From Candidatus Woesearchaeota archaeon (GTDB lineage Archaea; Nanobdellota; Nanobdellia; Woesearchaeales; UBA10216): a stretch of 64,000 nt of DNA. The notes under the pieces were generated by a model that was not told the DNA's origin, did no database searches, and saw only the letters and a program-made list of their open reading frames with translations. Positions 49,043-58,237 of the stretch are shown here, piece by piece. The position numbers and the translations under genes were made by a program. The DNA lies in the NCBI GenBank assembly GCA_016185705.1, contig JACPMZ010000003.1:143929-207928 (forward strand), read 5' to 3'. Each line of letters starts with the position of its first letter. The stretch's first letter is position 1.

Positions 49043-49120
49043 CCGAAAAAGAAACTGCAACCCAGATAAATTTGTCCAAATGAAAAACTATATTAATCCC
49101 TGTTTTCAGTTGCAGAATCA

Positions 49121-51760
49121 ATGACTGATTATTATCAGCTTAGTCCTGAGAAAGCGCTTACGGAATTAAAAACTTCCCTGAGCGGGCTGAGCGATGCTGA
49201 GGCATCAAAGCGGCTCACGGCTTACGGGCCCAACCAGCTGAAGGAAGGCAAGGGCGTCTCCCACTTTAAGCTTTTTCTTGAGCAGTTCAACAATTTTCTG
49301 GTGTGGATACTGCTTGCGGCAGTAGCAGTTTCTGCTGCCATCGGCGACATTGTGGAGAGCATAGTCATAGTTGTAATCGTAATAATGAACGCTGTCATCG
49401 GCTTTGTGCAGGAATACCGCGCAGAAAAAGCGATAGATGCGCTGAAGAAGCTTGCCGGGCTGCACGCAGACGTAATAAGAAGCGGCGAGCGAAGGCAGAT
49501 AGACGCCAAGCAGCTTGTGCCCGGCGACATCATTTTCCTTGAAACAGGCGACAAGATTCCGGCAGACTGCAGGCTGCTTGAAGAATCCAATTTTGAAGTG
49601 CAGGAAAGCAGCCTGACCGGCGAGTCAGCAGCTGTCGCCAAAGACATTGCTGCCATAAGGGATGCGCCAATCGCCGACCAGAAGAACATGGCTTTCTCAG
49701 GAACAATAATTGTGAGGGGCAGGGCAAAGGCAGTGGTTGCAAAGACCGGCATGCAGACAGAAATAGGCAGGATAGCAAATCTAATCCAGACAGCAAAGGA
49801 GGAAATGACTCCACTGCAAAAACGGCTTGAAAAGTTTGCAAAGCAAATCGGAATTCTGACGATGGCGATAGCAGCCATAGTGTTCGCTGCCACGGTGCTG
49901 CGCGGAGAGGACATGCTGAAAATGTTTGAAACGTCCGTCAGCTTGGCAGTGGCTGCAATACCTGAAGGGCTGCCTGCTGTTGTTGCCATGTCGCTTGCAC
50001 TGGGCGTGCAGCGGATGATAAAAAGAAACGCGCTGGTAAGGAAGCTGCCCTCAGTGGAAACGCTTGGCTCAACCACAGTAATAGCGACAGACAAAACAGG
50101 CACGCTGACGATGGATAAAATGACAGTAAAGCGGCTTTACGTAAACGGCAAAACAATAGAAGTGAAGGGCGAAGGATATTCGGTTGATGAACCGCTTGCC
50201 CTTGAGGAGGACGAAAAGCTGCTGCTGAGGGCAGGCGCATTGTGCAATGACGCAGCGCTGACCTCAAAAGGCATATCAGGAGACCCTACTGAAGCAGCGC
50301 TGCTCGTGTCAGCAGCCAAAGCAGGAATGAAAAAGGAAGAGCTGGACAGCAGATTCAGGCGGGTGGATGAGCTTCCTTTTGACTCAGACAGAAAGCGCAT
50401 GTCAACCGTGCACGAAGTCGGAAAACAGCGCATAATGTACACGAAGGGAGCGCCTGACGTTGTGCTGAAGCTGTGCAGCAGAATCCACACTGGCGGAAAA
50501 GCAAGGAAACTTACATCATCTGACAGAAGCAGGATTCTGAAAGCCAACGCAGAATTTGCATCCTCTGCACTGCGCGTGCTTGGATTCGCGTACAAGCCGG
50601 CTGCCGGAAAAGCAGCTGAGAAAGAACTCATATTCATAGGGCTGCAGGCAATGATAGACCCTCCCAGACCAGAGGTAAAGGAAGCAATAGAGCGGTGCGA
50701 GGCAGCAGGCATAAGGGTGGTAATGATAACAGGCGACCACAAGCTGACTGCTGTTGCGATAGCAAAGGAACTCGGAATAACAGGCAAGGCAGTAACAGGC
50801 GTTGAGCTGGACAGCATACAAAACCTGGAGGAAAGAGTGCATGAAATAGGGGTGTATGCGAGGGTAAGCCCTGAGCACAAAATAAAGATAGTGAATGCCT
50901 TAAAGAAAAAAGGGCAGGTAACAGCAATGACAGGCGACGGCGTTAACGATGCGCCTGCACTAAAAAGCGCAAACATAGGCATAGCCATGGGGATAACGGG
51001 CACTGACGTTGCAAAGGAAGCATCAAAAATGGTGCTGACAGACGACAATTTTGCGTCAATAGTAAACGCGGTTGAAGAAGGCCGCGGCATATACGACAAC
51101 ATAAAAAAATTCATCTACTTCCTGCTGTCAAGCAACCTCGCAGAAGTTTTGGTTGTCTTTCTGGCAATACTCGCAGGGCTCAAGCTGCCCCTGCTTGCCA
51201 TACAGATACTGTGGGTCAATCTCATAACAGACGGGCTTCCTGCGGTAGCATTAGGCGTGGAGCCGGTAGCGAAAGACGTCATGAAGAAAAAGCCCAGAAA
51301 GCTGAGCGAAGGAATAATAACAAAAGCCATGGCCATACGGCTGCTTCTGACAGGCGCAACAATAACCGCAGGAACACTCGGAATATACGTATGGGCGCTG
51401 TACAGCAAAGGATGGGCTTGGGGAGCTGAATTGCCGGGCAGCAGCCCTGTTTATGTGTATGCAATAACAATGGCATTTACAGCACTGGTAGTGTTTGAGA
51501 TGCTTAATGCAATAGCAGCAAAATCAGAGGAAAAAAATATGCTCACAAAGATGTTCAGCAACAAATGGCTGCTCCTTGCAATACTTTCTTCCCTGCTGCT
51601 GCAATTTGCAGTAATATACACGCCGCTAAGCAACTACTTCCACACAACAGCGCTGGCATTAAGCGATTTGGCAATAATATTTGCGGCAGCTTCATCAGTG
51701 ATAGCCGTGGATTCGCTGTACAAACTGGTCAAGAACAGGATGAGTGTGCAGACTGCATAA
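49121..51760 (+). CDS. P-type (2A) Ca2+-transporting ATPase
   Basis: TGES, PEGL, DKTGTLT, KGAPD, TGDGVNDAP. Confidence 0.96.
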   Translation: MTDYYQLSPEKALTELKTSLSGLSDAEASKRLTAYGPNQLKEGKGVSHFKLFLEQFNNFLVWILLAAVAVSAAIGDIVESIVIVVIVIMNAVIGFVQEYRAEKAIDALKKLAGLHADVIRSGERRQIDAKQLVPGDIIFLETGDKIPADCRLLEESNFEVQESSLTGESAAVAKDIAAIRDAPIADQKNMAFSGTIIVRGRAKAVVAKTGMQTEIGRIANLIQTAKEEMTPLQKRLEKFAKQIGILTMAIAAIVFAATVLRGEDMLKMFETSVSLAVAAIPEGLPAVVAMSLALGVQRMIKRNALVRKLPSVETLGSTTVIATDKTGTLTMDKMTVKRLYVNGKTIEVKGEGYSVDEPLALEEDEKLLLRAGALCNDAALTSKGISGDPTEAALLVSAAKAGMKKEELDSRFRRVDELPFDSDRKRMSTVHEVGKQRIMYTKGAPDVVLKLCSRIHTGGKARKLTSSDRSRILKANAEFASSALRVLGFAYKPAAGKAAEKELIFIGLQAMIDPPRPEVKEAIERCEAAGIRVVMITGDHKLTAVAIAKELGITGKAVTGVELDSIQNLEERVHEIGVYARVSPEHKIKIVNALKKKGQVTAMTGDGVNDAPALKSANIGIAMGITGTDVAKEASKMVLTDDNFASIVNAVEEGRGIYDNIKKFIYFLLSSNLAEVLVVFLAILAGLKLPLLAIQILWVNLITDGLPAVALGVEPVAKDVMKKKPRKLSEGIITKAMAIRLLLTGATITAGTLGIYVWALYSKGWAWGAELPGSSPVYVYAITMAFTALVVFEMLNAIAAKSEEKNMLTKMFSNKWLLLAILSSLLLQFAVIYTPLSNYFHTTALALSDLAIIFAAASSVIAVDSLYKLVKNRMSVQTA

Positions 51761-51810
51761 TTGCCGAACCCTCGCAACCTTAATAAACAACAATAGTTTG
51801 CCTTATTCTT

Positions 51811-53616
51811 ATGAACCCCGGATTTTATCAGGAACTGATTCAGGCAATAAAGCACAAGCCGCAGGATGCTTCCAGAATAAAGCTATCCCTAAGCAGAAAG
51901 CACTGCCTGAAAAAAATTCCGTCAAACATAGAAATATTCCTCAACAGCAGCGAAGAAGATGCGAAGCAGCTTAAACTCGTAACAAAGCCGGTAAGAACGC
52001 TAAGCGGGGTCGCAACAATATCCATCATGACAGCGCCTGCCGGATGCCCGCACGGCAAATGCACGTTCTGCCCAGGCGGACCCAACAGCATTTTTGGAGA
52101 CGTGCCGCAAAGCTACACAGGAAAAGAGCCAGCGACCATGCGCGCAATCCGCAACCAGTTTGACGCTTACCTGCAAATATTCTCGCGGCTTGAACAATAT
52201 GCGGTCATAGGACAGGCGTTTGACAAGGTCGAACTGATTATACAGGGCGGAACATTCCCGAGCATGAACGTGGAGTACCAAAACAGTTTTATTGCAGACG
52301 CATACAGGGCAATGAACGACTTTTCTGCGGAATTTTTTGCTGACGGAGAACTAAACCTGCAAAAATTCAAGGAATTCTTTGAGCTGCCAGGCGATTTCAA
52401 GGAAGAAGGGCGGGTGAAGCGGGTTAAAGAAAAAATACTGAAGCTGAAAAACAAAAACATTGCGCCTGCTGCCATTGCCATTGATGTTAAAACCAACATA
52501 GATGCTGCGAATAAAAACAGCAACGGCTATGAAATAAAAAATGACGGCAGCGATAAAATGAAAAATAATGCCAGTTATAACAGCGGCAGCGAACTGGAAA
52601 AAGAACAGAAAAGAAACGAAACAGCAAAGATAAGATGCATCGGACTGACGATAGAAACAAAGCCGGACTGGGGGATGCTTGAAGAAGGCAACCAAATGCT
52701 GAAGCTGGGATGCACGAGAGTTGAGCTCGGCGTACAGTCAGTTTATGAGCAGCCGTTAAAGCTGACCAACCGGGGCCACACGCTTTCTGATACTGTAAAA
52801 TCAATGCAAATCCTGAAAGATTTGGGATTCAAAATAAACGCGCACTACATGCTCGGGCTGCCGGGCGTAAAGCGCGGGGATGAACTCGCAGGGCTGAAAC
52901 AGCTTTTTTCTGACCCTGACTTCAAGCCGGACATGCTAAAAATATATCCGCTGCTCGTCATAAGAGGAACACCCCTTTTCATCCAGTGGCAGCGCGGGCA
53001 ATACAACCCGATATCTACGGCAGAGGCAGCGGAGATAATATCCGAAGCAAAGCGCTTCATCCCGAAATGGGTGAGGATAATGAGGATAAACAGGGATATT
53101 CCCACTTATGTGACATCCGCAGGAATAGACAGAACCAACCTGAGGCAATACGTTCAGGAACTGCAGCAAAAGAAAAACATTATCTGCAACTGCATCAGGT
53201 GCAGGGAAGCCGGAAGGAACAAAAAGTTTGAAAGCGCTGAAATAACAGTAACAGAATACGAAGCATCCGGAGGAAAAGAATTCTTCATAGCAGCCGAAGA
53301 TACCGAAAACAATGTTTTGCTCGGCTTTTGCAGGCTGCGATTTCCGCATCAGCAGCTGAGAAAAGAAATCACAGCAGGCACAGCAATGATAAGAGAGCTG
53401 CACGTGTATTCTGCAGCGGTAGCTCTGGGAAAAAAAGCCAAAGAAAACGAAATCCAGCATCGCGGCTACGGCAAAAAGCTGATGGAAAAAGCAGAGCAAA
53501 TAGCAAGGGCGCACAGCAAAAACAAAATGCTCGTAATCTCAGGCACAGGCGCAAAAGAATACTACAAAAAGCTGGGGTATGATTATGACGGCGCATATGT
53601 GGGGAAAGAGCTATGA
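51811..53616 (+). CDS. elp3: tRNA uridine(34) acetyltransferase/radical SAM Elp3
   Basis: CPHGKCTFCPGG, RVELGVQS, RELHVY, QHRGYGK. Confidence 0.95.
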   Translation: MNPGFYQELIQAIKHKPQDASRIKLSLSRKHCLKKIPSNIEIFLNSSEEDAKQLKLVTKPVRTLSGVATISIMTAPAGCPHGKCTFCPGGPNSIFGDVPQSYTGKEPATMRAIRNQFDAYLQIFSRLEQYAVIGQAFDKVELIIQGGTFPSMNVEYQNSFIADAYRAMNDFSAEFFADGELNLQKFKEFFELPGDFKEEGRVKRVKEKILKLKNKNIAPAAIAIDVKTNIDAANKNSNGYEIKNDGSDKMKNNASYNSGSELEKEQKRNETAKIRCIGLTIETKPDWGMLEEGNQMLKLGCTRVELGVQSVYEQPLKLTNRGHTLSDTVKSMQILKDLGFKINAHYMLGLPGVKRGDELAGLKQLFSDPDFKPDMLKIYPLLVIRGTPLFIQWQRGQYNPISTAEAAEIISEAKRFIPKWVRIMRINRDIPTYVTSAGIDRTNLRQYVQELQQKKNIICNCIRCREAGRNKKFESAEITVTEYEASGGKEFFIAAEDTENNVLLGFCRLRFPHQQLRKEITAGTAMIRELHVYSAAVALGKKAKENEIQHRGYGKKLMEKAEQIARAHSKNKMLVISGTGAKEYYKKLGYDYDGAYVGKEL

Positions 53617-54566
53617 AACTAGACCCCCTCCCAGAAGCAGAAAAAGCATTTGCAAAGCCGGCATTTGAAAAAAGGTTCAGGCAGCTGCTTGGCAGCAGGT
53701 ATGATGAGTTCATGAAGTATTCGCTTTCCTACATCACCAAAAGCATTCGCGTAAACACCTTGAAGACCGCTGTTGATGAGGTTAAGCAGCGCCTGCATAA
53801 ACAAAATTTTTCTCTTAAGCAGATTCCGTGGTGCAGGGAAGGATTCTGGGTTTCGGGGGAACGTACTGATTTGGGAAACCTGACTGAACACTTTCTCGGC
53901 TACTTTTACGTGCAGGAGGCAGCGAGCATGATACCTGCAGCTGTCCTGAACCCGAAGCCCGGAGATATTGTACTGGATATGTGCGCGAGCCCAGGCAGCA
54001 AGACAACGCAGATGGCAGCCATGATGGCCAATCGCGGATTAATTGTGGCAAACGACATCAGCGGGGCAAGAATGAAACCATTGGGGCTGAATTTGCAGCG
54101 CACAGGAACAAGCAACGCAGTTGTAACGATTATGCGCGGACAGCGCATCAATAAAAAAGGAGTGCAGTTTGACAAGATACTCGTGGATGCTCCGTGCAGC
54201 GGCACAGGCACGATAAGGAGAAATCCTGAAACTCTGCAGGTATGGAATCCCGGAATGGTGAAGCGGCTTAGCAAAACGCAAAAGTCGTTGGTTGCGTCAG
54301 CGTTTGAAGCGCTGAAAGAAGGAGGCGAAATGGTGTACAGCACATGCAGCGTTGAGCCTGAAGAAAACGAAGAAGTAATTGATTACCTGCTGAACAAATG
54401 CAGAAATGCTGCCGTGGAAAAAATTGATTTGCCGATAAAAAAATCAGAACCAATTGAAGCGTTTGAAGGCAAAAATTACAGCAGCGAAGTGAAGAAATGC
54501 CTGCGCATATGGCCGCAGGACAACAATACGGAAGGATTTTTTGTTGCGAAGATTGCGAAAAATTAA
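53613..54566 (+). CDS. RsmB/NOP2 family RNA m5C methyltransferase
   Basis: DMCASPGSKT, DAPCSGTG, YSTCS, EGFFVAK. Confidence 0.94.
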   Translation: MKLDPLPEAEKAFAKPAFEKRFRQLLGSRYDEFMKYSLSYITKSIRVNTLKTAVDEVKQRLHKQNFSLKQIPWCREGFWVSGERTDLGNLTEHFLGYFYVQEAASMIPAAVLNPKPGDIVLDMCASPGSKTTQMAAMMANRGLIVANDISGARMKPLGLNLQRTGTSNAVVTIMRGQRINKKGVQFDKILVDAPCSGTGTIRRNPETLQVWNPGMVKRLSKTQKSLVASAFEALKEGGEMVYSTCSVEPEENEEVIDYLLNKCRNAAVEKIDLPIKKSEPIEAFEGKNYSSEVKKCLRIWPQDNNTEGFFVAKIAKN

Positions 54567-54570
54567 TGAT

Positions 54571-54912
54571 TTATCGTATTTGCAATTCCTTCAACAGCTC
54601 TGTAACATATGCCGCAATTTCTTCAAGCCGAACATTTTCGTATCCTTTGGCTATTCTTGCCTTTAACTCTTTAGTAACATTTGCAACAACTTTATTCTGA
54701 ATAAAGGAAGCGTCTTTTTCAGGAAGAGGATTAACTGCAGGGTTGATTTTTTCTCTGCAATCTCCCGCTATTCTCAACGCGTTTAGCGCTTCTTTTTGGT
54801 AATACTTCTTCAGACCAGTATCCTCAATTGAATCTCCCAAAATCCTGTGAACAACAACAGTCGTTGAATTGCCAACACACACCCGAATAAATTTTTTCCT
54901 ATTTTGACTCAT
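54571..54912 (-). CDS. small hypothetical protein, partner of the nucleotidyltransferase gene
   Basis: Overlaps the upstream stop; AT-richer; lies inside the direct-repeat cassette. Confidence 0.7.
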   Translation of the reverse strand: MSQNRKKFIRVCVGNSTTVVVHRILGDSIEDTGLKKYYQKEALNALRIAGDCREKINPAVNPLPEKDASFIQNKVVANVTKELKARIAKGYENVRLEEIAAYVTELLKELQIR

Positions 54913-55678
54913 TTTCAACACCATCTAAAATCCTTTTTAGCAATTTCCTATGAAAAAGCGCGTATTTTGACCGAAATCCCGCTTCAACAGCATTTTCTTT
55001 AATTTTTATAACGCTCGCTTTTCCAAAATGCCGCTCAATTTCATTATCAACCAAAGAGGCATTCAGGGGCCTGTTGTCCAGAAAACGTGCAATAGCAACA
55101 GCGTTTCTTACCAACTTGTATTTTTCCCGCCCATTTAAAAAATCAAAGCTGTCAATCAATGCTTTACTTTCCAATAACTGCAAATCCAATAATTTGTAAT
55201 TTTTTGTCATGTTTTTAGGCATAATAAGGCGTTTTTTTGCAACAAACCTGCTTAGTAGCATTTGAAAAAGCGGATCCCTGTCCATTCCTTTCAGCAACTC
55301 TCTTAACGGCAGGCAAATCAGGTGAATATCAATTCCAAGTGCAGCTTTGAAATGCTTTTTTATGGCAGCATTACCTATGCTTTTCTCCGTCAAAACAACC
55401 GTATCGATATCTTCAAATTCAAAGCCCTCTTCCAAAAAAGAACCTGCCACGAGCACGTTATCTACATGTTCGAAATAGCTAAAAATTTCATCAACTATTA
55501 TCTTTTTTATTGGCTCCAGATGCTGCACATGATAGCGGTAAATTTCCGCAATTGCTTTGCCTTGAAGCGGCGTTATGGCTACAGCGACGCCCCTTTCAAA
55601 CCCAGGCGCACGTATCTTTGGGACATAAATCTGGTCCATCACGCTACCCTTGCTTATTGTTCCGGTTATCATTACCAT
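54899..55678 (-). CDS. AbrB-like N-domain plus minimal nucleotidyltransferase (MNT) protein
   Basis: GTISKGSVMDQIYVPK; GSFLEEGFEFEDIDTVVL (GS..DxD). Confidence 0.72.
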   Translation of the reverse strand: MVMITGTISKGSVMDQIYVPKIRAPGFERGVAVAITPLQGKAIAEIYRYHVQHLEPIKKIIVDEIFSYFEHVDNVLVAGSFLEEGFEFEDIDTVVLTEKSIGNAAIKKHFKAALGIDIHLICLPLRELLKGMDRDPLFQMLLSRFVAKKRLIMPKNMTKNYKLLDLQLLESKALIDSFDFLNGREKYKLVRNAVAIARFLDNRPLNASLVDNEIERHFGKASVIKIKENAVEAGFRSKYALFHRKLLKRILDGVENESK

Positions 55679-55679
55679 A

Positions 55680-55697
55680 TTACGTAAAATTACGTAA
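55680..55697. promoter_or_regulatory. tandem palindromes TTACGTAA x2 (10-bp period), putative operator
   Basis: Between the TATATATA box (~55701) and ATG 55678. Confidence 0.6.
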
Positions 55698-55731
55698 TGA
55701 TATATATAAAAAGCTTTCGGTTTTCTCTTAA

Positions 55732-55766
55732 AGGACAGCAATACGGAGCTTTTTTGTTGCGAAGAT
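55732..55766 (+). repeat. displaced duplicate of the m5C methyltransferase near-3' segment
   Basis: Matches 54517-54553 at 33/37 positions. Confidence 0.85.
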
Positions 55767-55855
55767 ACAGGAGCAAGATGATGACATAAAGATGTTAAAG
55801 GCGCAGATAAATACCAAGAGTGAAATAAACAGAATATGGAGGACTATTGATGAAC

Positions 55856-56040
55856 TTATAGTAAAGCGCACAAAATGTTTGTAAATTAATGCGCTTTACT
55901 ATAACGGAAGACATAACATTTTAACAGGAAATGGTTATGTCTTCCGAATATAACAGAGGATAAAAACATTAAAAACTATTGGTTCTGTTATAAACAGCAA
56001 ATTGCAAAGTGAATGTTTCTTTATTTTTGCAATTTGCTAT
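55856..56040. repeat. tandem array of four different ~45-bp palindromes
   Basis: Perfect arms of 15, 13, 9 and 13 bp; TATAA at the junctions. Confidence 0.85.
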
Positions 56041-56167
56041 TACACCAGGCAAAAAGCGGAAGAGCTGATATAATAACTGTCCTTATTGTTATCCTTGTAG
56101 TCTTCTTTATAGGAAAAGGGCTGGGCTGGTGGTAGCTGTCGCAGAATGGAATCCTGAATAGCTGCAT

Positions 56168-56851
56168 TTAAGAAGTTGCATTAAGGATGGCCTTGATGCC
56201 GCGCTCGTTTATTGCGCAGCCGTCCAGCTTAAGCCCCCAGAGAATGCTCTCAAGCACCTGCTTCCGCGTGGTTCCGGGGCAGGCAAAGCGGTCAAAAAGC
56301 TTTTTCTCATACGCAACGGCAGCAAGTTCGGAAGAGCGGATAATGCTTATGTCAGCTGTTTTTTCCCTGAAACGGGAAATAAGTTGCCTGTCAACATCAA
56401 CATGCGAATTCAGTTTCCTGCCCATCAGCTTTGCAAGGTGCATCGGGTGCTCAACCAGTTCGCGGGTAATGCGCTCGTCAATGACCAAAGCTGCTGACTC
56501 CAGTTGCGAAGCAGCCACCAGCGAAGACACCTCTGCATAATGCAGGATTTTAAGGTTTTTGCCCTTAATGCTGAACGCTGAGTTGGCTGCCTGAAGCAGC
56601 ACAAGAGTGTCTGCCTTGGTTTTTCTGTCATCATATATGCTCAGGATGCCTTTATTCACCAATTCCTGAACCTGCAGCGACTCAAAGCGGAACTTTTTTG
56701 TCTGGCGCGGGTCATCTATAAGCTCAGACTTAACTGAAGCAGGCAGATAAAAATCTCCTCTGAAAAAAGATTTTAAAGGCTCAAAAATCCATAAAAGGTT
56801 ATTCATCGTCAGACTAATCAATGGACCTGAATCAAAGACAAGCGATTTCAT
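56168..56851 (-). CDS. PIN-like domain protein
   Basis: LVFDSGPLISL, LHYAEVS, LVIDER. Confidence 0.75.
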   Translation of the reverse strand: MKSLVFDSGPLISLTMNNLLWIFEPLKSFFRGDFYLPASVKSELIDDPRQTKKFRFESLQVQELVNKGILSIYDDRKTKADTLVLLQAANSAFSIKGKNLKILHYAEVSSLVAASQLESAALVIDERITRELVEHPMHLAKLMGRKLNSHVDVDRQLISRFREKTADISIIRSSELAAVAYEKKLFDRFACPGTTRKQVLESILWGLKLDGCAINERGIKAILNATS

Positions 56852-57441
56852 CTGAATACGCTCCTCGCAACCGCAAGGCGGCGCTCAGTAGGCACGGACT
56901 CAGCAGACTGCTCGGCAATTTTCGTACGCCCAAAATACCTCATCAAATCCCATTGCGATATCCCGAGGATGTCGGAAGCCCTGGCAATGGAAATGCCGTT
57001 CTCGCATAAAGCGCATCCCTTCTTTATTTCCGCCTGCTCTATTACGCTGGAGGCAAACCTTTTCAAGCGGTAATCAGCGATTTCTATCGCTCTAATCAGC
57101 TCCCTGATGGCAGCCCGAAAGTCAGCGTAATCCTCGAGCGATAGCGAATTGATTGCGCGTTTCAGCTGAGCTGCAATAGCGCTCTTATTTTCTGAGCGCT
57201 CAATAACCTTTGAAAGGGCGTAAATTGCGACGCTAATGCTGAGTATGTCAGCATCCTGAAATATGGAAGCTGCCTGAACGTTGGCTCTGCTAAGCTGCTT
57301 TAGCCTGTACGAATCATTGCTCCTTACAGCAGCAACAGCTTCCTTAAGAAGCTTCAGGGTGTCTGCCCTCACCTTGGAATCCATGGAAACTGATTTGCTG
57401 GCGATGTATTTATATCTTTCCTGCGCCTGGGCTGCTGGCAA
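56848..57441 (-). CDS. hypothetical protein with C-terminal HTH (UPF0175-like)
   Basis: GISIARASDILGISQWDLMRY; ATGA overlap with the PIN gene; start uncertain. Confidence 0.7.
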   Translation of the reverse strand: MPAAQAQERYKYIASKSVSMDSKVRADTLKLLKEAVAAVRSNDSYRLKQLSRANVQAASIFQDADILSISVAIYALSKVIERSENKSAIAAQLKRAINSLSLEDYADFRAAIRELIRAIEIADYRLKRFASSVIEQAEIKKGCALCENGISIARASDILGISQWDLMRYFGRTKIAEQSAESVPTERRLAVARSVFR

Positions 57442-57473
57442 GTTTATGCGCCCTCACTGTTTTGCTAAGCTGC

Positions 57474-57513
57474 CCTGACTTTCCCCTCCCTGTTCAGGGA
57501 GGGGAAAATCAGG
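57474..57513. repeat. CCCCTCCC/GGGAGGGG intergenic hairpin
   Basis: CCTGACTTTCCCCTCCCTG-TT-CAGGGAGGGGAAAATCAGG. Confidence 0.75.
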
Positions 57514-57603
57514 AAGCGCCACGATTAGCGCCAGTGGCGAAGGCAGCCTTTCAATGACTCCAAAACAACAAAATTTTTATATTTCTGTTTGGGAGAGCGA
57601 AGC

Positions 57604-58236
57604 ATGATTGACGTTCTGCACAGGTTTGTAGCCAAGATATTCAGGGATATCTTCAGGCGCAAGAAACACTTCAAGCTCGGGCTTTACGGGCCGCCAAATT
57701 CCGGCAAGACAACGCTCGCCAACAGAATCTCAGAGGACTGGCTTGGCGAAAAAATGGGGAGCGTAAGCAGGATACCGCACGAAACAAGGGAAGTGGTTGT
57801 TAAGGAGCAGATTAACATCAAGTCAGGCAAAAAAGAGCTTACTTTTAATCTGGTAGATACGCCAGGCATAGCAACGAAAATCGATTACGAAGACTTCGTA
57901 AAGGCAGGCCTGAGCACAAAGAAAGCAAAAAAGCGCGCGAAAGAGGCAACCAAGGGCGTGATAGACGCCATCAGGTGGCTTGATGACATGGACGTGGTAG
58001 TTGTAGTTTTGGATGCAACGCAGGACCCGTATTCCCAGGTAAACATAACCATAATCGGGAACATGCAGGCGCGCGACACTCCTGTGCTGGTGGTAGCCAA
58101 TAAAGTTGATTTGAAGAAAGCAGACCTGAAAAAAGTCCAGTCAGCATTCCCGCAATATGATGTTGTGGGCATTTCAGCGAAGTTTGGCACAAACATAGAC
58201 AAATTTTACGAAGCGCTGTTCGCCTTGGTGGGATAA
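57604..58236 (+). CDS. oapA: Era-like GTP-binding protein (OapA)
   Basis: GPPNSGKTT, PHETR, DTPG, NKVD; followed by DUF2073 and Zn-ribbon genes. Confidence 0.88.
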   Translation: MIDVLHRFVAKIFRDIFRRKKHFKLGLYGPPNSGKTTLANRISEDWLGEKMGSVSRIPHETREVVVKEQINIKSGKKELTFNLVDTPGIATKIDYEDFVKAGLSTKKAKKRAKEATKGVIDAIRWLDDMDVVVVVLDATQDPYSQVNITIIGNMQARDTPVLVVANKVDLKKADLKKVQSAFPQYDVVGISAKFGTNIDKFYEALFALVG

Positions 58237-58237
58237 A

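Noticed and set aside
55856-56040. CRISPR or TIGR-type guide array
   Set aside because: No constant direct repeat with unique spacers, and no cas or Nop-domain gene in the window
56013-56135. 40-aa single-TM ORF ending KGLGWW
   Set aside because: Its start lies within a palindromic unit; it could be a gene remnant but support is insufficient
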